24,257 nucleotides of DNA from a virus. Taxonomy: Duplodnaviria; Caudoviricetes. Under the pieces are notes generated by a model, which saw nothing but the letters and a program-made list of their open reading frames with translations, had not been told where the DNA came from and did not search any database. The DNA lies in IMG/VR virus record IMGVR_UViG_3300021964_004483, positions 1 through 24,257 of that record, one strand, 5' to 3'. The number at the start of each line of letters is the position of its first letter. Position 1 is the first letter of the stretch. Made by a program: the position numbers and the translations under genes. Of this stretch, positions 15,888-23,068 are shown one piece after another.

Positions 15888-16931
15888 TTATGTATAATCT
15901 TCATCACTATAGGTGCTTGGTGTATATTCTTCATAAAAGTTTACATCCTCTGCCACTATGAAAGTGTCATCAGGATCTACACCACCAACTACAATAAGTT
16001 GTTGATTGTCTGTAAGGGTTACACTATCACTTAGTGTAAGTGTAAGACTATTTATACTGCTAATAGTTGGGTTGCTAGTATTGCCTGTACCGAACACACG
16101 ATAACCTACAGCAACTCCAGTAGGAACTGAGTCCAATATAACTGCATTAGTATTATTTACAGCACCATTTACAGTTACAGAAACTCCAGGTTCATAATGT
16201 CTAACTTTCTTAACTAGTCCTGCTTCATTTTGAGTGGTTCCAGTAAAAGCAACAGTTCCAGATCCAATATAAATTCCTTCTTCAACTTTAGTAATAACTT
16301 TGCCAGATACAACAGGTCCATAGAAAAATGTTTTCATAGTGAATGTTAAATCATAAGTAAGGATTCTACGACTTAAGTAGTCACCTTCATAACTATCAGA
16401 TTGTGAGATACTATCTAATATGATTGGTATATCTCTAACATCTGACATTTGTGGTACTGTCGACATAGCAACAGTATATTCTGGTTGGAAGTATGGCAAA
16501 ATCTGTTCTACTATTTGTAGAGCATCTTCTTGGTTTCTTGCCATAATAGATAGTGTAAAGTTTAGGTTGTATGGTGCAGGTACATACTGATATCCTCTAG
16601 TCGGATTCGTTCCGTCTACTTCGCCAGAAGTTATATCTTTCACCATTCGAATGTTTCTATTCAAAGTACGAGCAGAATCGTATGTAAATCCTGTCAACTC
16701 AAATGCCATTCTAGGCAAAGAGATTGCAGATCTAGAAAGATCATTGAGATCAGGTTCTGCTGTAATTCTTGCTAACCATTTTTGTTTTGGTCCATATGCT
16801 AATGGAACTTTGAGTGTTTGTAATACTGTATCGTCAGATTTTACTCTCTTAACAGTTATGTTGTTGAACAAAGTACCAAAAACTGATACTGATTTTTTAA
16901 CTGTCTCATGATAAAAATAAGTTCCAAACAT
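15888..16931 (-). CDS. gp15: Tail sheath stabiliser/terminator gp15
   Basis: MFG.YFYHE..KK.V..FGTLFNNI, VPLAYGPKQKWLAR, LPRMAFE, DALQIVEQILPYFQP and D.YEGD...RR. Confidence 0.95.
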   Translation of the reverse strand: MFGTYFYHETVKKSVSVFGTLFNNITVKRVKSDDTVLQTLKVPLAYGPKQKWLARITAEPDLNDLSRSAISLPRMAFELTGFTYDSARTLNRNIRMVKDITSGEVDGTNPTRGYQYVPAPYNLNFTLSIMARNQEDALQIVEQILPYFQPEYTVAMSTVPQMSDVRDIPIILDSISQSDSYEGDYLSRRILTYDLTFTMKTFFYGPVVSGKVITKVEEGIYIGSGTVAFTGTTQNEAGLVKKVRHYEPGVSVTVNGAVNNTNAVILDSVPTGVAVGYRVFGTGNTSNPTISSINSLTLTLSDSVTLTDNQQLIVVGGVDPDDTFIVAEDVNFYEEYTPSTYSDEDYT

Positions 16932-17797
16932 TATACTTCACCAAATGGGTTTGTCTCACTGAAATCTAAGTAACTATCACCTGTAGTTTCAAAGTCTTGG
17001 TTTTGTGCCAACTCATCTTCTATCATTTCTAATTCATCACCTACAGTATTAACAGTCCAGGTAGCACCTGAATCTACTCCTACAAATTGTGTTGATCCAG
17101 CAGTTACAGTTTGACCTGTCAAATTCATAAGATACAACACACTAGTAGTTCCATCCCAACTTTGAACCTCTCCGACGACTGTGTTAGTTCCATACAGTTT
17201 AACTTGTTCACCTGCAGTAAATGCTGTAGAATTACCACTGTTCATATTATACTTAATTGAATAAGCATTGGATGCTTCTACATCATCTATACCTGCAATT
17301 CCAGTATCAAAGTCATCTTGATTGTATTCATAAAGTTCGCATTGACATTTGAACACAAACAATTTACCTAATTGATAGAATGGGTTCTCATGTTCTACAA
17401 ATTTGATTTCAAACATTGAACCTGAGAGTGGGAAATAGATCAGATCTCCTTCGTTAGGTCTCCAACTTGTTGCTAAGTTTTCATCCAATGAGATAAACCT
17501 TTCCCATGATCGTAATGAGATGATAAATGTTGCTTGGTCTCGGATCTCTACACCGAATTTACTAAAGAGATCTCCTTCTCCTTCAAACCCTTCTGTGTTT
17601 TCAATATATGCTTCTATTGAATAAGAATCGCCAAAAGTACTGCGAACATCTTCTAAGAATATGTCTTCTTGTTCTGCTACTTCTCTTGGGAGATAAAAGA
17701 TTTCGTGCCCATACATGCGTAATGATTCTACGACCAAATCCTCCATGAGCATTTGTTCTGTATCAACTGCATGATTAAAAAACACATTGGTTGGCAT
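16931..17797 (-). CDS. gp14: Neck protein gp14
   Basis: EQ.L.EDLV.ES..MYG....YLPR, FSKFGVEIRD, RPNEGDLIYFP, FEIKFVEHE.PFYQLGK and C-terminal DFSE.NPFGE. Confidence 0.95.
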   Translation of the reverse strand: MPTNVFFNHAVDTEQMLMEDLVVESLRMYGHEIFYLPREVAEQEDIFLEDVRSTFGDSYSIEAYIENTEGFEGEGDLFSKFGVEIRDQATFIISLRSWERFISLDENLATSWRPNEGDLIYFPLSGSMFEIKFVEHENPFYQLGKLFVFKCQCELYEYNQDDFDTGIAGIDDVEASNAYSIKYNMNSGNSTAFTAGEQVKLYGTNTVVGEVQSWDGTTSVLYLMNLTGQTVTAGSTQFVGVDSGATWTVNTVGDELEMIEDELAQNQDFETTGDSYLDFSETNPFGEV

Positions 17798-17801
17798 GAT
17801 A

Positions 17802-18617
17802 TTATCCTATCATATAATCAAGTGGCAACTCGTAGTTGTTTCTTGATTCTTCTTCTAATTTTTCGATTTCCTGAGTTGCTTCATCCAAAATCTTTGTTGA
17901 GTTTAGAGTGACACCACCTGGAAGTGATATTCCTTCAAATTTTGATAAATTTTGACCCCATTGCTTCTTAACTAATGCTGTAGCATATTTCTTTAACCAT
18001 ATGTCATTGTAGACATCTGTAAAGGTAGTTGGGTCGATTTTACGATAACACTCAATAAGAAAGTGCTCTCCTGCGGTTACTCTAGCATTATCCATATCTA
18101 AGTATAATCTATTCTGATGTTTGTTAAATCTAATAGGAACTTGACCCACTAGAGTCATGTCTAATAAGTTTAGATGTTGCTGTAATTGTTCGTAATATAG
18201 AATAGATGTAGATTGTAAATCATACAAGTCATTCAATCGTAATTGATAACGAATGTCAAACATGTCCATTGCGTTTCTATCGTTGAATGGGAAGATTCTT
18301 AATACTGATAATACTGATTCTGGCATCACTAGATAGTTTTGCTGTTCGCCAAAAGTTTGACCAGAATAGTCATGAGATCCAGTGGTGGAAGCATTTTGAG
18401 TACTGTCTGACTCAAATTGAGTTAACCATGAAGAATCTACTTGATGTTTTAGATAAGTTCTGATAGCACCATCGTAATGGTACTCAGAGAAGTACTGTAG
18501 AGCATCGTCAATTCTATCGTCGAATTGATCATCGTCTACATTGATTTCTAGGACAGGATATCCTAGTTGTCTTTTGATATAATCTTTGAAAGTCGCTCTT
18601 GAATTAGGTGATGCCAT
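17802..18617 (-). CDS. gp13: Neck protein gp13
   Basis: R.LG.PVLEINVDDDQ..DRID.ALQYF.EYHYDG, WLKKYATALVKKQWGQNLSKF.G..LPGGVTLN and C-terminal P..MIG. Confidence 0.95.
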   Translation of the reverse strand: MASPNSRATFKDYIKRQLGYPVLEINVDDDQFDDRIDDALQYFSEYHYDGAIRTYLKHQVDSSWLTQFESDSTQNASTTGSHDYSGQTFGEQQNYLVMPESVLSVLRIFPFNDRNAMDMFDIRYQLRLNDLYDLQSTSILYYEQLQQHLNLLDMTLVGQVPIRFNKHQNRLYLDMDNARVTAGEHFLIECYRKIDPTTFTDVYNDIWLKKYATALVKKQWGQNLSKFEGISLPGGVTLNSTKILDEATQEIEKLEEESRNNYELPLDYMIG

Positions 18618-18634
18618 AGTAATGTCTCCATTAC

Positions 18635-18642
18635 TATTTATA
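18635..18642 (-). promoter_or_regulatory. T4-type late promoter TATAAATA (gp13)
   Basis: Exact consensus followed by a GGAG RBS. Confidence 0.75.
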
Positions 18643-18647
18643 CGAAT

Positions 18648-18890
18648 TTAGTCCCTAAAAGTTAATCTATCTAACTTAGAATCGATTCGATCTATAGCAT
18701 CCATGACTCTTTCAAATGACTTTTCAAATTCATTCTTGGACACATAATCTTTCGCAATCTCTTCACGAGTTTTGTTTACTAGAATATCTACTCTTTTTAA
18801 TTCATTCATCAAATTTCGAACAATGAATGCCACAGGTGCAATAATAAAGGATAGAAAGATATTCCAGAGAAGTTCTGGTTCTAATGGCAT
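18648..18890 (-). CDS. Small membrane protein (one N-terminal TM helix + coiled coil)
   Basis: Hydrophobic stretch LLWNIFLSFIIAPVAFIV followed by a heptad-like charged helix. GGAG RBS and its own TATAAATA. Confidence 0.7.
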   Translation of the reverse strand: MPLEPELLWNIFLSFIIAPVAFIVRNLMNELKRVDILVNKTREEIAKDYVSKNEFEKSFERVMDAIDRIDSKLDRLTFRD

Positions 18891-18907
18891 CTTATCTCCG
18901 TTTATAC

Positions 18908-19618
18908 TTACTTATTTATAATAGGATTGCCTGTGTTGAAGTCTATTTCAAAAAGATCTTCATCTTCTGGAACTGGAGAGTCAGGCACATCTCCAGGTTT
19001 GATAGGTATGGTTGCATGCCAATCCACATTGAAAGATATAGAGTATCTTCTTTTGTCAGTAAAGTTAGGTTCTACCATATGCATAGCACCAGATGGAAAA
19101 AGAATTAAACTTCCTGTCTTTGGTCTTACTCTAAAGTCAGTTCTTGCTCTAGAGTTAAAGAAAGGCATATCATTCACATACTTTGGATTAGAGTCAATAA
19201 ATTGGATATCACCTTCGTCACCATCTGCGTGAATGTATAGAACTCCACTGTACCAACAACCATTGTGTAAATGAGGTGCATTCCAAGCACCATGATCATT
19301 AATGTTACCCCAACTGTTGCCCATTGTATGAATGAACTTACCTGTTCCTCCATAATAAGGCACAACTTCTTCTTCAAATAACCTACCAATTCTGTTAAAG
19401 AGTTTGGTAAATGTCGGATGATTGTTTATACCATCATTAGATTGCCACCCTGTATATTGATTAGATACTTTTCTACCCACTGGGTCTTTCTTACGCATCG
19501 TATCCATTGCTTGCTTTAAAGAAAGCATGTAATCTTCATCTACTCTCTGTCTAGGGTGTAAATTAGGATCTAGCAGATCTCTAATGAATATTGGTGTGGG
19601 GAATAATAGTTTAAGCAT
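18908..19618 (-). CDS. Putative 2OG-Fe(II) oxygenase, TIGR02466-like
   Basis: LFPTPI start, SN..GWQS, W.NIN..G..N.PHLH....SGVLYI (HxH) and LILFPS...HMVEPN....RYSISFN. Confidence 0.85.
   Translation of the reverse strand: MLKLLFPTPIFIRDLLDPNLHPRQRVDEDYMLSLKQAMDTMRKKDPVGRKVSNQYTGWQSNDGINNHPTFTKLFNRIGRLFEEEVVPYYGGTGKFIHTMGNSWGNINDHGAWNAPHLHNGCWYSGVLYIHADGDEGDIQFIDSNPKYVNDMPFFNSRARTDFRVRPKTGSLILFPSGAMHMVEPNFTDKRRYSISFNVDWHATIPIKPGDVPDSPVPEDEDLFEIDFNTGNPIINK
18913..18920 (-). promoter_or_regulatory. T4-type late promoter TATAAATA (small membrane protein)
   Basis: Exact consensus inside the last codons of the upstream oxygenase gene. Confidence 0.6.
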
Positions 19619-20364
19619 TACTTAAATTCTTTCTTTTGCCATATGTATTTACGATATGAACCTGTTATACCATATTTAGATAATTTTCCAGGATGATCCT
19701 CCCTGTATTTTGCAAACTCTTCATTCTTTGCATTCTTCCAATAATCTTTGTAATCCACTCTGGTAGTAGAAGTCCACTTCTCCCTCTTGTAAGGAATAAG
19801 TTGAACGATAGGAGTTCCTGCTGGTATTATAAAACTTTTACGAACTTTTGGATACATTATCAATTGAGCATTTAGATCACCACCAATAAAATCATCTGTG
19901 TCTATGATGCCTTGCCATGCTGATATGTATTCATTACAAAATAGAAAAGGATCCAAATATAATGTAGAATAACCTTTAGGTGTTCGTACTGAAAAAGGCA
20001 TGCTCATTTTGATCGCATCATTTATGTATCCAGGCATCATGGCAAACTGAGCGAAGGGATGTGTTTGAGATTCCCATACTTCATGATGTGGGCATCGCAT
20101 ATTAAAATCTGATTTTCGATTTGCTGGATCGTCACCATTGTATTCTACATACATGTCTCTTACTGCTACAACATAATATCCTGTACTCAATACATCTGCC
20201 ATAGCAGGGCAAGATCTTATTGTAGATCCTGGACCATTACCAGCACCTACATCTTCAACAATCTTAGTTTTTTTCCACCAATCTGGTTTATACTCAGATG
20301 CTGGAATGGGTTGAAAATCTTCTTTTACTCTTTCATCAAAGGTTACAAATTCAATCTGTGGCAT
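19618..20364 (-). CDS. Conserved phage hypothetical protein, DUF6065-like
   Basis: P.PAS...PDWWK, TIRSCPAM.D...GY, TPKGYS.L...P, GIIDTD and IPAGTPIVQLIPYKRE.W, a pattern I associate with ORFs next to phage oxygenases. Family name is from memory. Confidence 0.6.
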   Translation of the reverse strand: MPQIEFVTFDERVKEDFQPIPASEYKPDWWKKTKIVEDVGAGNGPGSTIRSCPAMADVLSTGYYVVAVRDMYVEYNGDDPANRKSDFNMRCPHHEVWESQTHPFAQFAMMPGYINDAIKMSMPFSVRTPKGYSTLYLDPFLFCNEYISAWQGIIDTDDFIGGDLNAQLIMYPKVRKSFIIPAGTPIVQLIPYKREKWTSTTRVDYKDYWKNAKNEEFAKYREDHPGKLSKYGITGSYRKYIWQKKEFK

Positions 20365-21022
20365 AGTCTAAACTCTCATCATATAATTCAACTTCACTTC
20401 CCCTTATCACTAAAGATTGTCTGTTGTGATAGGTAGTATTTACAGGAGCATCAGCACTGTGAGGTATTCTACCATCAAATACTAATAATCTATTGGGTTT
20501 ATAAGGAACTTCTAAGATCTGATGCTTGAGTAGATCTTCACTAAATCCCACAAACCCACTAGCATTTTCATTATAAATTCTCAATGGACCTCCCCACTCT
20601 TCTTTCCAGAATAAGTTGTTGTACCAAAGAAAAGAAAGGTTTCTATCATCTTCGGGTGCACAATCTTCATGCACTGTACCCTGTAATCCTAAAGTCTGCC
20701 CATTCATTCCTGCATAGTCAAACCTTACCCATTTGAATCCAAATTCTTGCTGTAATCTATTATCTAATGTACGAATCCACCAACCATGATCTTGCATTTC
20801 ATCAAGTTGATAATTCTCTCGATAAAATGTTACACCCCAAAACTTGTGACGAACTTCACCTTCTCTGGTGACTTGATTGGTTTGATTCCATTTAGAGGTA
20901 TTGCGCAATTTATCATCAAACCAATTATGAATGTCTGGTGATAACCAATTGTCTATAACATGAATATCCGTTAAAGGAAGTTCTTTAATTTTAAAAGGTT
21001 CATCGTGATAGATGATTTCCAT
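20351..21022 (-). CDS. 2OG-Fe(II) oxygenase (prolyl-hydroxylase-like)
   Basis: I.VIDN.L, NGQT, HED (HxD), W..EWGG.L and YKPNRLLVFDGRIPHSA.AP.....R.SLV. Confidence 0.85.
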   Translation of the reverse strand: MEIIYHDEPFKIKELPLTDIHVIDNWLSPDIHNWFDDKLRNTSKWNQTNQVTREGEVRHKFWGVTFYRENYQLDEMQDHGWWIRTLDNRLQQEFGFKWVRFDYAGMNGQTLGLQGTVHEDCAPEDDRNLSFLWYNNLFWKEEWGGPLRIYNENASGFVGFSEDLLKHQILEVPYKPNRLLVFDGRIPHSADAPVNTTYHNRQSLVIRGSEVELYDESLDYATD

Positions 21023-21023
21023 A

Positions 21024-21602
21024 TTACTTCTCTATGTCTGAAGCAGATAGAAATTCTGTATTGACAGGTCTTAAACTTTCTCTCATGTAATGATCAAAAG
21101 GATGCAGTTGATCCTCTGGTGCTGACATAATTTGAACTTTTAGTTGCTCATAAATCTGCCATGCCTGATCAAAAAATTCTAAACATCTTCTAGCATCAGA
21201 TCTAAAGGGATGATTAGAACCCTCTCTACCTGCTGTTAATGCTTCATAGATGTTTGGAAATCTCATTCTATTACACATCTCATTAATGTTCATATGAGTG
21301 GCATCAAATAGATCATGTGCATACTGCAGATTTAATGTTATATCGGCAGGTGGTTCAGAAGACATGACATAATTTTCTACAGCATCAATTTCTTCATTAT
21401 TGAGATCAGTGATCTTTTCTTCACCTGTTGGATTACCATCTTTATCTCTTTCTAAGATAACTTTAATTTTTTGATCATCATAGATCAGATAATCATATTC
21501 AAAACCTAGATCTGGAGCATCTGCCCCATCGTACTCCCACTTGAGTCCTCTCTGGTCTCTGAGTCTTAAAATGTTATCTTGTGTATAAATGAATGCGATC
21601 AT
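21024..21602 (-). CDS. Hypothetical protein, possible tail-fibre assembly chaperone
   Basis: AGGAGA RBS. C-terminal helical segment FPNIYEALTAG....HPFRSDARRCLEFFDQAW recalls the 'Y.SI..A..Y....F..E......WRD.VW' motif of ORFs that follow phage fibre genes (from memory). Confidence 0.55.
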   Translation of the reverse strand: MIAFIYTQDNILRLRDQRGLKWEYDGADAPDLGFEYDYLIYDDQKIKVILERDKDGNPTGEEKITDLNNEEIDAVENYVMSSEPPADITLNLQYAHDLFDATHMNINEMCNRMRFPNIYEALTAGREGSNHPFRSDARRCLEFFDQAWQIYEQLKVQIMSAPEDQLHPFDHYMRESLRPVNTEFLSASDIEK

Positions 21603-21621
21603 AATATAATTCTCCTATAGT

Positions 21622-21641
21622 AGTATATTGTACTATATTTA
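21622..21641 (-). promoter_or_regulatory. Composite promoter element TAAATA-TAG-TACAAT-ATACT upstream of the chaperone/oxygenase cluster
   Basis: Late-like (TC)TAAATA abutting a -10-like TACAAT. 19/20 identical to 5018..5037. Confidence 0.55.
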
Positions 21642-21662
21642 GACAGTTTCGACTAGTGGATT

Positions 21663-23042
21663 TTATGTAATTGGTTGTGATGGCCAATTTACATTTCCAT
21701 CCCATCTTTGTACTACAGTCTGATATGGCTGTTGGAAAGCATATGGTTGTTGTACAGGTCTAGTTGATGGTCTCTGTGCTGGGTATGGCTGTTGGAAAGC
21801 ATATGGTTGTTGGAAAGCATATGGTTGTTGCGCAGGTCTAGTCGCTGGATATGGTTGTTGGAACCCATAAGGTTGTTGCACTGGGTTAGCAGCAGTCGAT
21901 GTATAGTTTTGCTGATATCCGTATGGTTGTTGGAACGGATAAGGTGCATTATAGTTTTGTTGATACCCATAAGGTTGCTGGAACGGATAAGGTGCATTAT
22001 AGTTCTGCTGGTATCCATATGGTTGTTGGAATGGATATGGTGCATTGTAAGGTTGTTGGAACCCATAAGGTTGTTGGAATCCATATGGTGCATTGTATGC
22101 TTGCTGGAATGCAACTTGATAGTTTTGCTGGAATCCAACTTGATAGTTCTGTTGATATCCATAAGGTTGCTGGAATGCAACATTATAGTTTTGCTGGAAT
22201 GCAACATTATAGTTTTGCTGGAATGCAACATTATAATTCTGCTGGTATGCATAGTTCTGCTGGTATGGTTGCTGGAACGGATATGGAGTTTGTACTGCAC
22301 CTTTTGGACCCTGTACAGGTGTTGTACCAGTCGCAGGTCTTACAGCAGGTCTTTGTCCACCAGCATTCCTTTGTGCTGGATATGTTGCTGGTCTCTGAGC
22401 AGGATATGTTGCTGGTCTTTGTGCTGGATAAGTAGCAGGTCTCACACCAGTCGCAGGTCTTTGAGCAGGATAAGTAGCAGGTCTTTGTGCTGGGTAAGTA
22501 GCAGGTCTTACTGCTGGGTATGTACCTGTAGCAGGTCTAACTCCAGTTGCAGGTCTTACTGCTGGATAAGTTCCAGTTGCAGGTCTTGGTCCACTAGCAG
22601 GTCTTTGAGCAGGATAAGTACCAGTCGCAGGTCTTGGTCCAGAAGCAGGTCTTTGTGCTGGATAAGTTCCAGTTGCTGGACGTGGTCCAGAAGCAGGTCT
22701 TTGTGCTGGATATGGTTGTTGTATAGGTGCTGTACCTGTAGCAGGTCTTGTAGCAGTATAAGGTTGTTGTATAGGTCTAGTAGATTGAACAGGTGCTGTT
22801 CCTGTAGCAGGTCTAGTAGAAGTATAATTCTGTTGATATGGTTGTTGTATAGGTGCTGTACCTGTAGCAGGTCTCTGCGCAGGTTGTTGTGCTGGGAATT
22901 GACCAGACGATTGAATCCAACCTGTAGGGGTCTTTACATAAATTCCCTCTACAGCAGACCATGTTGCTGGACCTGTTTTAACCCATCCCCCACTAGTGCT
23001 TGACCAACCAGTCGGAGTTTTAACCTGCGAAGACTTTGCCAT
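21663..23042 (-). CDS. Pro/Gln/Tyr/Ala-rich repeat protein, predicted giant beta-hairpin fibre
   Basis: 459-aa ORF in the genome's coding direction with a late-like ACTAAATA upstream. Repeats vary synonymously at third positions in this frame. N-terminal VKTxxxW motifs occur three times. Located directly after a tail-fibre gene. Confidence 0.8.
   Translation of the reverse strand: MAKSSQVKTPTGWSSTSGGWVKTGPATWSAVEGIYVKTPTGWIQSSGQFPAQQPAQRPATGTAPIQQPYQQNYTSTRPATGTAPVQSTRPIQQPYTATRPATGTAPIQQPYPAQRPASGPRPATGTYPAQRPASGPRPATGTYPAQRPASGPRPATGTYPAVRPATGVRPATGTYPAVRPATYPAQRPATYPAQRPATGVRPATYPAQRPATYPAQRPATYPAQRNAGGQRPAVRPATGTTPVQGPKGAVQTPYPFQQPYQQNYAYQQNYNVAFQQNYNVAFQQNYNVAFQQPYGYQQNYQVGFQQNYQVAFQQAYNAPYGFQQPYGFQQPYNAPYPFQQPYGYQQNYNAPYPFQQPYGYQQNYNAPYPFQQPYGYQQNYTSTAANPVQQPYGFQQPYPATRPAQQPYAFQQPYAFQQPYPAQRPSTRPVQQPYAFQQPYQTVVQRWDGNVNWPSQPIT
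21729..22874 (-). repeat. Coding repeat array: RPA(T/S)-type units (aa 57-244) and QQ(P/N)Y-type units (aa 257-438)
   Basis: Even-length units, 4-10 aa in the core and longer in the outer part, read from the translation. Includes a near-perfect 24-bp x3 tandem at 22167..22238. Confidence 0.95.
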
Positions 23043-23051
23043 ATTAACCTA

Positions 23052-23059
23052 TATTTAGT
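23052..23059 (-). promoter_or_regulatory. Late promoter variant ACTAAATA (repeat protein)
   Basis: Same variant as before gp20, located in the 26-nt intergenic gap. Confidence 0.55.
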
Positions 23060-23068
23060 CGTCTAGAA

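Noticed and set aside
490-19875. Numerous 60-160 aa plus-strand and nested ORFs (e.g. 6067..6324, 8179..8655, 9811..10185, 12738..13046)
   Set aside because: They are antisense or out-of-frame shadows of well-conserved structural genes, with no RBS or recognisable motifs.
21720-22900. Possible CRISPR array or DNA inverted repeat
   Set aside because: There are no unique spacers between constant repeats, and unit lengths are codon multiples with third-position variation. The reverse complement of the left-arm units does not match the right-arm units, so the symmetry exists only in the protein.
21792-23003. 403-aa plus-strand ORF, plus 178-aa and 195-aa alternative-frame ORFs, over the repeat gene
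   Set aside because: Shadow frames of a low-complexity repeat whose limited codon set rarely generates stops. Synonymous variation fits the minus-strand 459-aa frame, and every other gene is on the minus strand.
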